The notes under the pieces: model-generated
The model's database searches: none
Told to the model about the DNA's origin: nothing
The model's input: only the letters and a program-made list of their open reading frames with translations
Program-made: the position numbers and the translations under genes
Source of the DNA: Rhizodiscina lignyota
Lineage: Eukaryota
Assembly: GCA_010015805.1 (NCBI GenBank)
Contig: ML978123.1
Location: 2,480,001-2,544,000, forward strand
Direction of reading: 5' to 3'
DNA: 64,000 nucleotides
In this document: piece after piece, positions 1-14,521 of the stretch
Layout of the letters: each line of letters opens with the position of its first letter
Numbering within the stretch: the stretch's first letter is position 1

Positions 1-1621
1 GGCAGAAGAAGCGCGTCTTTTGCTGGAGCGCCGAGAGAAAGAGGCAGAAGAGATACGTCTTTTGCTTGAGCGCCGCCAGAGCGAGATGGAGCACCGCCAG
101 AGCGAAAAGGAGCAGCTCGACAGCGAGATTCAGAATATGGCTTCCGACAAAGCATCCTTGGCGGAGGAGATCGAACACCTCCGTTATGATCGTGATGCCC
201 TGCTAGCCCACAAGAGTCGCCTCGCTGCCGATGTCTCGTCCATTGAGACTGCTCTTCATATCCGACGTGAAGAGCTCCATACCATGGACGCCAAAGCCGA
301 TGCATTGGAACGTCGCATCCTCAACGGCATCATGGACCACTCTCGGGCCCTACTCATGCAGCGATCCCTGAAGGCTCAAACAATCAAGGAAAGTCAGGGC
401 CAGAGAGCGAGCATGCCACAGCGGAATATCAGCACTGCATCACACAGCACTATCTCATCGCTCCCACCGCCAAGCGCTGCTGTCCAAGGTCTCAGTATGG
501 CTCTGAAGACTCGGCCCGGCGCGAAGCGCAATGGGCCAATGTACAGCGGCAATGGTGGTGGTGCCAATGACGGCCACACGGCTCGCCGTATCATGTCTCT
601 GAGTCAAATTACTGGAAACGCTGTCAGCGGCGCAAAGCCGTACTATGGACAGAGCATAGCTCCCCAACAAGGAAACCTAAGCGGCGGTATGAAGCGGAGC
701 CACTCGGTGAAAACTCAATGGCCAAGGAAACCTTCTTGGAACACTGAAAAGGCACCCAAGAGCCGAGTTGTGTCCGTTTCAGAGATTGAGGAGGACAAGG
801 AGAACGCAGCTGAAGAAATGGATGCAGACGCGGATGCCACTGCCCTCGTTCTTGCGAATCCAGCACTTGCTCTTGTCCCACCGCCGGAGACCGAGCCAGA
901 GACTGTTGAGGTCTACGCTGAAGCCGAGACAGAGCGTGAACTAGAGCAGTTTGATGAGGCTAGCGAGGCAGGCACGGAACGGCACACCAACCATGACGAC
1001 GAGACGATAACCGAACTTGAGACCGAGAGCGCTTATCCCGCGTCTACTATGGACCATACTGAGGCAGAGCGTAGCGAGGCAGAGACGCCAAGTGAGGATC
1101 GGCGGTCGAGCTACGGCACTGTAGTCACTGGCTCGAGAGAGTCGGACGTCTCGTACAGCACTGGTTCATACTTTACGGAGACTGAGACGGAAACAGAGCG
1201 AGCCAGCTCTGTTCTGGGTGCAGTCACCGCACAGCATGACGAGGATGAAGAGGACGAGAGCGAAGGCAGCGAAGGCAGCGAGGAAGGGAGCGCGGACGGG
1301 TCGGACGGCGAAGGGTCCGAGGTCAGTGAAGATGCAGAGACTGAAGGACACACGCATGAGGATCATGAGCACGCGGAAGTGGAGAGTGCTATGAGCGGAG
1401 AAGAATCGCATCTTACGGAAACGGAGACTCATGTCGAGGCGGCTCCGAGCGCGGGTGGTGAGCACCAGCACACGAAGGAGTTCATGATCTTCAATACTCC
1501 TGCTCCTAGCGATAGCGGCCTGGGCTCGGACCTGCCGACGGCAGCAATGATGAGTGGTTCAGAGACTGATTACTTTAGGCGTGCAGCGGAGGACGCTACG
1601 TCGGCGTTGTCGGGCAAGTAG
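1..1621 (+). CDS. 3' part of a large fungal coiled-coil protein (myosin-heavy-chain/SMC-like annotation class) with an acidic disordered tail; 5'-truncated by the window edge
   Basis: The frame is open from the window start to TAG at 1619-1621. Heptad-rich segment (EEARLLLERREKEAEEIRLLLERRQSE...LERRILNGIMDHSRALL) followed by an E/S/D-rich low-complexity C-terminus. Confidence 0.75.
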   Translation, partial: AEEARLLLERREKEAEEIRLLLERRQSEMEHRQSEKEQLDSEIQNMASDKASLAEEIEHLRYDRDALLAHKSRLAADVSSIETALHIRREELHTMDAKADALERRILNGIMDHSRALLMQRSLKAQTIKESQGQRASMPQRNISTASHSTISSLPPPSAAVQGLSMALKTRPGAKRNGPMYSGNGGGANDGHTARRIMSLSQITGNAVSGAKPYYGQSIAPQQGNLSGGMKRSHSVKTQWPRKPSWNTEKAPKSRVVSVSEIEEDKENAAEEMDADADATALVLANPALALVPPPETEPETVEVYAEAETERELEQFDEASEAGTERHTNHDDETITELETESAYPASTMDHTEAERSEAETPSEDRRSSYGTVVTGSRESDVSYSTGSYFTETETETERASSVLGAVTAQHDEDEEDESEGSEGSEEGSADGSDGEGSEVSEDAETEGHTHEDHEHAEVESAMSGEESHLTETETHVEAAPSAGGEHQHTKEFMIFNTPAPSDSGLGSDLPTAAMMSGSETDYFRRAAEDATSALSGK

Positions 1622-1845
1622 GTTGATGGTATTGTTTGTGCTATCCTTCTTTTACTGGTTGAATGTACATTCTTCTGCCGAGTGATCGGTCGAGTATGAT
1701 TTGGACGTTTCCCCTTCTGGATCAACCTGCTCCCGTCAGGGTGCCTGTTGGTCAAATGATAACGATGCTTAACAATAGCAAAATTGTAGCTCTCATTTCA
1801 GGGGACAAGATTAGTGGATCACAGTGTCTGTCTCATTTCATCATG

Positions 1846-3564
1846 CTACTGGAAATACGGCCCACACATCGCCTCGAAATTCTTCACGTCTCCGTTGTGC
1901 GCGACGATGCCATGATCTCCAAATTTCCTTACCATGTCATTGCTCTTTGTGAATTGGGCCCAATTCTGCGAGGCAAGGCCGCCGTGCGGATCGTTCACGA
2001 AGGCCCGCCACGCATCTTGCATTGCATGACTGACCGCATACTCATACGGCGGCGACGCTCCGCGATAGTTTGAATGAGTTCCAAATAGGAGAGGAAGCTC
2101 CGCAGAATGGTATGCTCCCAGCCAAGGCTTTGTCGCAATATTGCTGAAGTTTCCCTCGTAGAAGAAGCGGTACGTTTCTTGACCAGCGGAAACGCGGTTC
2201 CTGCTAGTAATTAGTGTTTGTCTTTCAAGTCATTACATCATAGAACGTACCTTGCAGTCTGTACCGCATGGCAGAAGAAGGTACTCAAGAAAGCTTCTAG
2301 CGCCAGGGTCTGATTCGGACCACTAGGAACATATGGGGCAAATGGCTCTCCGTCCTGCGCGTTGTTTCCGATAATGGCAGGCTGTTGGGCGGTCAATACC
2401 TTCTTTCTAGAGCCGAGAGGACAAATGACATACAACCCGAGAGACCTTCCCTTGCAGAGCTCTTTCAGTATAGTTTGAAAAGACTATTTTGCCGTCTGGA
2501 ACAGCACCAAATGAAAGGCTGGGCGTTTCCCCTGCGTCTGCATAATTGCGGAGGAACTGTTCGAGTGTGCCAGCATCGACCTTCCGCATGCACGAGAGCT
2601 GAGCAGCCGCACCACCTTTATTCCCACAGCCAACCTGCGAGGCTACGAAAGTGAAGTTGGAAGGATGGGAAGGCTTATTCCCAACCAAGTAAGCAGATCC
2701 AGAATCCATGATCAGTCCCGCGACAATGGGATCTTGATACCAGGCGAAGTTGTACACGTCGACAGACTCTGCACCTGCGCTCTGGCCCCAGATGGAAATC
2801 TTGCTTGGATCTCCCCCAAAGGCCTTGATGTTATCTCGTACCCATTCGACGCTGAGTTTGAAAATGATGGTCAGCATGAGAGCCATGTTATACGCGGTAT
2901 TATTACTCACGCTAACCGCTGATCAAGGAATCCAAGGTTCTGTTGAGAAAGGCCTGGGGCATTTGGAAATCCAAAGATATTCAATCGGTAGCTGAAAATA
3001 TTAGTGAATGTGACTTGTTTGGGAACACTCTGGAGCCTACTTTAGTACAACAACTATAAGGTCTTTTGTTCGCTGTACCCATTGGGTGGGGATCTGATAT
3101 GGCACATCCTGCCCGCCGGTGTTGAGGCCTCCACCATAAAAGAAGACGAGGACTGGCAGGTTTTCCCCCTGTTGAGGCGCCCATACGCTTAGTGTCAGGC
3201 AGTCTTCTCCGATATTTGAAGTGTCACCTCCCCCAATGCCAAATTGCAAGACTTCCGTCCGATACACTCCTGGGGCAGCAGCGAGATATTGCATGCAAGA
3301 CCTTGGAAGCAAATTCGCATCAACAGAGGAGGGCAACTTGTTAGCTCGCGGCGGCTCCCATCGCAGATCTCCAACGGGAGAGAGGGCGTAGGGAATCCCC
3401 AAGAATTGTCTCACAGATGTGTACCGAGCATCGACAGCACCACTGACAACTGTGCCTCCAGGGAGAGTGACTTTAGGCTGCTCGGCAAGTATCTGTCGAT
3501 CCTTAAGGACAGCAGAGAAAGCCCCTAAGGACCACAGCGTGAAGAGAAGTACAGTTGACCACAT
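1846..3564 (-). CDS. Secreted carboxylesterase type B (alpha/beta hydrolase), multi-exon
   Basis: Signal peptide MWSTVLLFTLWSLGAFSA; FLGIPYA, EDCLTLSVW, oxyanion FYGGG, nucleophile WGQSAG and GAYHSAEL (catalytic His). The last exon was read manually to TAG at 1846-1848. Confidence 0.92.
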
Positions 3565-4311
3565 TACGAGTATCAAGATGGTAAGAATTCGATCGAGGAC
3601 TAGAACACAGTTCAGAACGAAAGTATGAGATGCATTTCGCGCCTCGTATATACCTCTACCTTTCGCGACATCTCTCGCCGTCCCCGTTCCCCGCATGGAG
3701 TAGGCGGAGAAGGGATCTAGTGACATTGTTGCGATGAAGCTGCATACTCACTTGAGCCGGAGGAGAAATTAGGCTATACTGGAGCTTCCATCGTACGTAA
3801 ATTAAAAACAGGCGTTGTTTGTCTTCCGGTTACATTTGCAGTAGTGGCGGGGTCAAATTAAGAGCTGTGGAACAAGCTAATGGAGAAGATGTGCAAGGTG
3901 CGCGGAATGCGTGCCGAAAGTACCCAAACTCGCCTTGAGAAAGAAGTTGGGCGATTGAACAAGTATAAGTAAAGTGAAACTTCACTGTTAAGACGAGCGC
4001 AGAGAGGCTCTCACTCCCCCGTACATCCGGTATACAGAGATGAGGTTGAGGAGCCCGTCAGAATTCAGGTCGACTGTGATTGGCTGGAGGATTTCACGTG
4101 ATAATGACGTAGAGGTCGCGCATTCCATTGATGCTTTGAGCCAATTCTTAAACAGGCTCTCGAGTTTCCTTGTCTCATATTTAATAGCCCTGAATCACTT
4201 CTCGAATCACATCCCTCCTTGAATATCCTGCAAAGAGTATTTCCAGCTCCATATCCACGACCTCAACAAAGCAAAATATCCATCGCAGCGCAAATCAGTT
4301 CCAAACCGAAA

Positions 4312-4674
4312 ATGTCCAACTGGAACTACAAATCCTCGTCCTTCTCCTCTTTCTCCTCGTCGTCCTCGTACTCAAACCGTGACGGCAACGTCAAAAGCTC
4401 TGGCACGCGCAATGCGACCTACAGCAACACGGATGGGTCCGGCACCACCGTCAAGACGGCGTCCCAGAACCTCGGCGAACCCGTAATCCAAGAGGTCCGG
4501 CGCTTCGACTCTTCCGGCCGAGAGGTACCGACGTTGGAGAGCACTGGTGCGGGTTCTGACAGGATGATTGGCACTGGGAACAATCGTGTGGAAGATGTTA
4601 CGGAGTCGGAGGCAGATAGGGAGTACAGGGAACGGATGGAAGATGAGTACGCCAAGAAGGAGGGTGGAGCTTAA
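4312..4674 (+). CDS. Small hydrophilic Ser-rich hypothetical protein (120 aa)
   Basis: ATG in an AAAATG context; single exon; C-terminus YRERMEDEYAKKEGGA resembles a conserved fungal hypothetical family (recalled, not searched). Confidence 0.7.
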   Translation: MSNWNYKSSSFSSFSSSSSYSNRDGNVKSSGTRNATYSNTDGSGTTVKTASQNLGEPVIQEVRRFDSSGREVPTLESTGAGSDRMIGTGNNRVEDVTESEADREYRERMEDEYAKKEGGA

Positions 4675-5251
4675 GAATGTGCGATAGTTGACCGTGGCTG
4701 GGTTTGGTGTCAGGATGTACTATTAAGACAACCATGGCGTTTGAGATCTGAGTACCTAAGATGAGATTGTATCATTGGACTAAGCTGCTGCTACTGCATT
4801 AGCACGACAAACTACTCGCAATTGATAAGTGCTTAAAGAAGAAAAGGAGTTTATGAAGGTCGTTCAGCCCGTGTATTATGTGCACTCTAATCGGGAGTCT
4901 AACTAACCATTGCCCGTTCAAAATTCCTCCAAAGGACTCTGCTCCGCAGAGAAAGGATGCTGTTGTGCATGGATGCATCTACCACCAAATCTGCAATGGG
5001 AAACAAAAAGCAGATTGATTGTACAATTCAGACATGATGCTCTAAAGTGGGACGTAGAAATTACAAAAGTGGGGAGCTCGGCTTCTCGTCGCTTATAGTT
5101 GTGTGCGGCGACCAGAAAAACCGAAAATGAAGTATGGTGCAGGTGGTGGTAAAAAAGCATGCAATGCAAACAGCTACAGCCCGATATCATCTCGACGATC
5201 ATTACCTCGTTCTCTTTCTTGTCGACCCTTTTCGGTACGCCCACCCGCTTC

Positions 5252-6717
5252 TCAGTGGCTGCTTGGTGTCCAGGTTTGCCACTCAGTGCCATACCTAGGC
5301 GCAATGCCACTGATCAAGACGAACATACCCAGTATCACACTTCCAAAGACAATCAACTTGCGCATGATTGGATGGCGGTTGCCATAATCAGCCCACACGT
5401 TGCTGCCTTGGTGGATGTATTCCTTCATCTTGTCGCCGCCAAGCTTGTAGTACATGAGACCGCCTAGCGCGATGCTATAGCCAATGGCCTGAAGTGGGGT
5501 GACTGGGTCGTGGAAGAGTAGCATGCTGGCCATGACGAGCAGGATGTCCTTGAGAACGCCAGAAAGGGTGAGGACTAGAGAGGAGGTTTTGCCAATCTAA
5601 GACGGAAGAGGTCAGTTGCGCAAACTCATATGGCAATCAACTAGCTCACCAGCAAGACAACTGCGACGTTCAGAGCAAATGCTACGCTAGCATTCGCAAA
5701 AAGCGTGGAGTAGCCGACACGTGTAATATCCTCCATTGTGATCGTCGGCAGTTCCATGACGAGGAAGACCATAAAGTTCATGGTAGCGCAGGCAGGAGCG
5801 AAATAGTAGAGGGAGACAAGAGGGTCCATCTTGAACTCGGACCCCGACAGAAGGCCCTGAACCATGGCCAAGCGTATGGCTTCGAAGAGGATACCGGCAA
5901 TTTGGATGAGGACACCAAAGAGGACAAACTTGATCTCTCCCACGGAGGCAACGATGACGCCAAAGACGATGATGGAGACGTTGCCGAGAGTCTTCATGCT
6001 CGGCGGTGCGAGACCCAAAAACCAAGTCGTGATAAGGACGGCGACGGGGGTAGTTGCCTGAACGGAACATTAGCGGCCGGACATTTGGCTTAGCTACCAA
6101 TGGGGCAGACGACATACCTTGAGCATCTGGATGAAGGAGACGCTGAGGTAGATGTACGAAATATTGCTGCAGATTAAACTCAAGCTGAAGAACATTCCAA
6201 TGGGGACAATTGCGCGGATGTACACACGTCCTGTCATGGGGACATTCTTCCTGGAATCAAGAACCCTTGTGAACCGAGCGAGCAGCTGGGTCATGATCGT
6301 TGCGAAGAGGAGATGCCATGTTGTGAGGAAGGCGGCTATAGTCAGTTAGATGCTGTTCTCGAGTTTCCACGAGGCTCTGAACGTTACATACGAAATTCTA
6401 GAAGCGCAATTAGTATTCGGCTGGCCAGGATCGCGGTAGGGAGTGAACTTACTGAATTGCTTCTTGTCTAACACCCACTTATTGAATAAGATGACACTTG
6501 AACTGAGAGCTATCCAGACACTGCAGACATTCTGTGGTCAGTTCCTCACTTCTTCCGCACAATTGGCTCGTGAAAGCTCTTACGCGATGTATACTGCCGC
6601 TGGTATGCCAGGCTTTTGGGACTCCGACTTCTCTGACAAGGGGTTGTGAATCGGCAGAACAGGCGCGGAGGCGTCTCTGCCCTTCTCCTCGAACATGCGT
6701 TCCTTCTTCTCGTCCAT
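5252..6717 (-). CDS. glfB: Triose-phosphate/nucleotide-sugar transporter family protein, probable UDP-galactofuranose transporter
   Basis: Spliced exons give AVYIA/VWIALSSSVILFNKW..., YLSVSFIQMLK, KMDPLVSLYYFAPACA and LTLSGVLKDILLV. Directly divergent from UDP-galactopyranose mutase, as glfB/glfA are adjacent in Aspergillus. Confidence 0.85.
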
Positions 6718-8518
6718 TGTGCGTGGTGATTGTTGGATGCGGTGGAGAGAGGGAGGTTGCGCGGAAGAAGGGTGGCGTCACAGGTTTTCAAGGGACGTAC
6801 GGCGTCGAGCCGGCGAGCGGTTTGGAGGACGCGGTGTAACAGTGGTGGTCGATGTGCAGACTGGCCTGTTGAGAAACGAGCGTGGAAATGGTGCTTGTTG
6901 GAGGTGTACGGTGGTCTTGGGTGGTTTACAGCGGAAGAAGGGCGGAGATAGCGCTGGTTGTTGGGGTGGCCTGGCAGTCAATCGTTATTCAGAGGCTGGC
7001 GGACTAGCGCCTTTCCGAAGGCATATATTACGCGTCGCAAAACGCCAAGAGTCTGTCCGGCGGAGGGTGGAGCGTCAAACAGTGGGCTGCTAATGCGGTC
7101 CGCTGCTCTGGTGCGTTAGTGGAGGGAAGAAGCAGTGCCTTCTCGAGCAGCAGGCTGAAGCACGCCTTTCATTGTTGCTCCTTATCGCGCAACGTGCATG
7201 GCAAATGGCAGAATGGCAGATGGCCTTAGTAAGGTAGTTCGCAAGCTACATGTACGGAGCGTGCTAACAGCCAGCACCAATGCAACGACTGCGGCACCCA
7301 TGCAACGCGTGGACATAGCCTTCTTACCCACTGCTTCGGCGCCTTTGCCGCATCCTCTGCACATTTGGCCATTTCTATTTGACAGCTGCCGCGAAAAGGG
7401 GCCGCTATACTGCATCTCAGACCCTTCACAGCCGCGACGAACCTATTTCCATGTTGGCAGGTGTATAAGGCTGTGGCTGTAGTCGAGGCTCAGTGAAGCC
7501 AAGCACTGAACATGTGGCCGTTGACATGAATATGCATTCAAGTTGAAATGTGATATGTAGCATGGCTCTGTGCGGTGAACGACGCATACACGAACCCGCC
7601 GCTGCTTCGGAGCGCCTATCTTCACCGGTCCTCACAACTTGTACCTGACTTCGTTCGCGGAGGCTAATGATCCATCGCCACAACACCTTATTCGCAGAAA
7701 TGGTATTAAGGCCAGGTCTCTGATGACGGACGCGGAAGAAGGTGTGGCAAAGATAGGGGGTCAATATTGATATTTACGGGACGATCAGCTGCCTTTTGCT
7801 TTTCTCTGCGCGTATGATGGCGCTGTGCGGCAGAGGATATCCCAACGTATGTACTGTGCTGCTCTGCGATTAGAATAGAAGGCAAAGTCGATCAAACAAG
7901 CAGAAGCCGGCGCTGGGCTTGGATGCTGTCATTGCCCATGGCATGGAGCGTCGCCGCTATCGATCCCCTGCCACCGTCTCGACTCGTCACCGCCCACAGC
8001 AGGATCGTTACTACGTTAGGAGTGTTCTGCACGTAGCCGCACCTTGAACAGCGTCAGCACGGGCACCTCAATTTGCAACACGTGCGGGATGGACGCATCT
8101 CATTCCACCGGCCCTGATCTCGACAAATTTCCGGTGGTACGGCCATTGTCGCGCATCTGAGAGGGGGATTCGAGAGCAAGCGCGACAGAGTCAATGCGCG
8201 CCGAAGCTGATTGCGCGGACGTTTTGGCTTGTGCAAAAGGTTTTGTGGATCATCGACGTTGCCCCTTGCAAGGGCTGTAGCCAGGCAAGCTTCGAGAAAG
8301 GAGGCTAGCACCAACCCGGTCAGCCTTTTGCGAGCGCGCCTCTGAGCCTCAATCCAATCCGCAAATTTATTGCGCCCATCGCTCGAGCGTGCAACACCAC
8401 CGCCATCACGCTCGCTCCTGAAATCACTGCCGTTGCGCCTTCTTGTACCTTACCCTTCTTCTTCGCGCTTGTACACCACTTTTAATTTCCACCCTCACGA
8501 CTGGCATATTCGGGCATA

Positions 8519-10323
<1,805 letters not shown>

Positions 10324-10880
10324 GCGATATGTGAAATGCATGGGCGTTTTGGCTGATGAGGTTCCAGAGGGGCTAGATAAAAATGGAGGACGATTGTGAT
10401 GGGTTTCATTTCGTTCATCTGTATGATACGGAGCTGGGGTCTTGGAAGACCACAGCGTGGCCGGATCGGTAGATATGGTTAATCATGGGCCTTTCGAGCT
10501 TAGGGAGACTTTCGAATCTGCGATTTGCACTTCCCTCCGTTTGCTGTGAAGCTTGGCCATACCCTGTATTAGATTTCACTTTAGAGCGCATGCACAGTTG
10601 TAGCAATAGATACCAGAGTTTTGACTTCTAATTGAATTGCCGCCAGTGGATCTTGCGAGCCTCAAACACATCTGTAGGCGTACGTACATGAGAATGTGGA
10701 GATGAAGATGTCCTGAAAATATAGCGCCTTGCCCAAAATGCCCACATCAATTGATATCAATGCCCCCAAATCCTCGCTGGACCACATATGAACTTTTTGC
10801 TTGCTACAACAACTTCAATTTCAGCAGCCTATGCTGTTTCATGGCCCCGTTTTGGGTAACTAAATTCCGATGTTCCTGGT

Positions 10881-12589
10881 CTATTCTTCTTCCTTGTCTT
10901 CCAAGTCGGCAGCCTTGAGCTCCTCTGCAGCGTCCGCCACAGCGTCCTTCTCCTGCGCGAGCTCTGCTTCTGCAGATACAGTGCCGTTGACTCCGGCATT
11001 CGCTTGAGCGGGTTTCTTCGCGTGGTCGGTCGAGCGCTCTTCGGTGTCCTTTGTGGCTGCTTCAGCCTCGAGGCGGTCGATCTCCTTTTGCGCCTTGGCA
11101 ATGTTCTGTAGAGTATTATCAGCCTCGCGAAAACATAGATCAGCATCATAGACATACCTCCTTAGTCTTCCTGCCCTGGTCTTCCCTCCACTTGGCCAAC
11201 TTCTCCTTCAGCTTCTCAACCACTCCTGGTACGTCCGTCTGAGTACTCGGCGGGTCGACTCCAACCTTGGCCAAATCCTCAATCACGCCAATGTTAAGAT
11301 TGAACTTGCTCTCGCTTGGGGTTCCTGGCACAGGGCTCTCGGTTTTCCCGCCCTTTTTGCCCTTCTTCTTCTTGCCTCCGCCACCAATGAAGTAGTTCTC
11401 TTCTTCATCGTCCTTCTTTGACACCTTTACGCCCTTGAAGCCACCATCGTCCACAGTTCGCTGCACAGACGCTGCGAATTTGCTCGGGGCGGCATCTTCC
11501 TTGGCCGCGATGCTGGTAGGATCAAAGTAGCGGATCAATCCCTCAGCAGTGCTGATTTCGTCACCATAAGCTGGTGCGCTGGCTTCCTCGAGTCTCTGAG
11601 CGGCGATTTGTCTTCTCTTGCCAGCCTCATGCGCATCCCTTTCTGCGCGCTGCTTCTCCTTGCGAATGCGCCACGCTTCCTGTTCATAGTCTCGTGCCGC
11701 GCGTTTCGCAGCGTAGTATTTGTCCTTGATTTCCTTGAGCGACATGTATTTCTTCTGCTGCTCTTCTTGTGCCTTGGTGCGTTCGTCGCGGAGCTTGTTG
11801 AGGCCCTTGAAGGCGTCATCCTGCTCTTCGCGCATCTTGTTGAGCTCCTCCTGGATAGAATTGTACTTGTCGCTCAGAGCCTTGGCCTCCGGGTTGTCCA
11901 TGCCCTTCTTCAGATCGGCAATCTCAACCTTGATAGCCGCGATTTGCTTCTCTGTCTCATCGAAACCGGCGAAGCCCTTCTTCTGCTTATGCAGCATCGA
12001 GATGTCCGACAGCATCTTCTTCTCCTCAACAAGCTTCATCGTGCCACTATCGACCTGCTTTTGGAGATGCTCAATTTCGCGGTTGATGTCTTCGACGGAC
12101 TTGAAGTTGACCTTGCTGCGAGCGACCTTCTGTTCGTTCATTCGGGCCTTGAGTTTCTCATCCAACTGTTTAATCTTCTCCATTGTAGATTGGCGCGAGT
12201 TCTTAAAGCCAGATTGCTGCTGGCGGATAGAGTTCAGTTCGGCGCGGAGCTCTGCCTGCTTCTTTCCGGCCGGCGAGTCCTTGTTGTTCGGGCGGGCATT
12301 GTCAAGCTTAGCCTTGATTTCATTCTGCGTGAAGCCGATGGGTGAGTAGCGGGACACGAAGAAATGAACATATAAAGTGGACTTGTATGAATTCCAAATA
12401 ATTGCTACTCACCAGTTTCTGCTGTGCGGTGGCATGCTCTTTTTCCGCGGCTGCAAGATCCTTCTTAAATTGCTCATCATCGGGCTTCTCAGGCTTCACT
12501 GCATGCTGCTGCTTTCCCTTTGCCGATGCAGTGGCACCGGCATCCATTGTTCCAATAGTCGCTGCCGACGAAGTTGCGAGGTCAGACAT
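10881..12589 (-). CDS. BFR1: Nuclear segregation/mRNP-associated coiled-coil protein Bfr1-like, 3 exons
   Basis: KPEKPDDEQFKKDL, a long K/E/Q coiled coil, GTMKLVEEKK, EENYFIGGGGKKKKGKK and KFNLNIGVIEDL. The last exon was read manually to TAG at 10881-10883. Confidence 0.85.
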
Positions 12590-13111
12590 GTTAAATTGTG
12601 TGGGTGGAAAGTTTTGGCTCCACTCAGTACCGCGAGGCCTACTTTCGGTTTTGGCAGAAGCGTGATGACTTGGATGGATTTTGCAATGGGATTACGTGTC
12701 AATTGGGTGTCTGTGGAGACAAAACAGAGAGGATTGCTCGAGGAAGGAAATGGGAGTTACGAGCGAAAGGGAATTTCGTTCTCCACAAGTCTTGGCACTG
12801 CAGGGATATACCGGCCCGCTGGAGTCGGTCGAGATTCCAACGTCACCTCGACCATCAAGTTCCTCTCCGCGGTTTGATATGCAACACAACTTCGCCGTGG
12901 GGTCACGTTTCGCAGTAAAGTGAAACACCAAAGTGAAGGCAGCTCAAAAGAGGATGTCCGTGTTATGGCCAATGTTATGCGGATTGGGCGTAGTGTGGCC
13001 AGAATGAGACGACGTCCGCGTGCCATACTGACTTGATGTCCAGGTTTGCTGGTCGGTGTAGGTATTTCAAGTATTACATTCGCCATTGATTTCAATTGCA
13101 TTGAAATCTGT

Positions 13112-13740
13112 CAGTTAATTCCGCAATTCATAATCAATTAGCGTCGGTGCTATGCTGTTGGTCTTCGAGCCGCCATGATGATGCTCTGGGCCTGGGCAGA
13201 CGTATCCCTGGGCGTATATAACAGCGCGAAGAATTTCAACATCGCTCTCTGAGTACAGCCTCATTTTCAACGACTTCGAGCCTAATTACGTGGATCCAGT
13301 GCTACTACTATGAGAAGGTCTGTGTTATCCGCCTCGTGGTAGACCATGGCTAACTAGCAGCAAGGGTTGGCCGATAATACGATCCCTCGCCCGTCGTTTT
13401 TGGAAGGCGTTCGAGCAGCGCTTATCATCGCTCTCCCGCTGGTAGATCTAGTGGCGTTGAATGGCCTATTACGATGAAGGCAGCCTTCTCTGCAGCGCTT
13501 CTAGCCGCAGGAGTCCTGACGCATTGCTCGGACATTTATCCCCATCAAACAGGCAAGGGATATCGTTCCTCTTTGCTTTCACGGATGCCATGGGAGACTT
13601 GACGACATTGATCTCAGTCTTCTTCCAACCAAAGCTGGATGTGCTGGGTGTGGAAATCTCCGGGATGGAATTAGCGCTATGGGCGTATTTGCGTGCGGAG
13701 GATACAGCAGCTTGGTCTCATGGATCAAGAGAAAAGCTAA
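13112..13740 (+). pseudogene. Decayed PQ-loop repeat membrane transporter gene
   Basis: Manual translation QLIPQFIIN*RRCYAVGLRAAMMMLWAWADVSLGVYNSAKNFNIAL*VQP, a frameshift, TWIQCYYYEK, an intron, then GISFLFAFTDAMGDLTTLISVFFQPKLDVLG. In-frame stops at 13139-13141 and 13250-13252. Confidence 0.85.
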
Positions 13741-14521
13741 AGCCCAAGGCCTCCAACTCTTGCGTGCTCGAGAGGCAATGAGGAGATTCAGCGGAGCCAC
13801 AGATGGGATGGGGCTACATTGCGTGACATTCCTTCCTCAACGTTGATCTTCAGAACTCTATCTGGAGAGATAAGAGCAAGGTCGATTCCAGTTGGGAGAA
13901 GCAGCAGTGACGAAGAGGGCGGATAATCGCAGTTGATGCTCAAGACTATACTTCACAAAAAGTGGGGACCATTCTGTGTAGCCTTCCCCAGATGTGCAGG
14001 CAAACTTCGCAACGTGCCTGTGAGAGGAGGCTGCTACAGGAATGGAAAGCGGAACCGGAAGCAAGCGCTGCGGTGAGGCGGCGCATTGGGAAGTCGCGCT
14101 TGCTGTTTTGGTGGTGACGTCGGGTTGAGAAGCGCGCGCAACCGGGATATCGTGAAATCAAAATACCATGCCGCCTGAATCTTGTCACTTGCATCACGCC
14201 AGCGTCATCTGTCGGTGTTATTGGCTCCTTAAGTCAATTCCCTAAACTCAAAACGCCGTTCCTCTTTCTCACAACACTTCCCACTCAACTTCCCTTCCGT
14301 TCTTCCACTGCCTCACTGATCGAGCACAACACGTTGCCACAGCACTCCTCCTGCCGGTTCACGTTCAAGTTGCGCTTTCCAACGCACGCGGACGGCGGGG
14401 AGAATAGTTGTTGGCCGCGCAGTTTCCGCAAACTTGAGGTGGCACTGGAAGATCTTGAAAACAAACCTTGACAAACCAACAACTTCCGTTCCCATATCTC
14501 GCCCTAAAAAGAAACACGATA

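Noticed and set aside
11608..12349. Two long plus-strand ORFs (245 and 209 aa)
   Set aside because: Antisense shadows of the codon-biased BFR1 coiled-coil exon; no family motifs.
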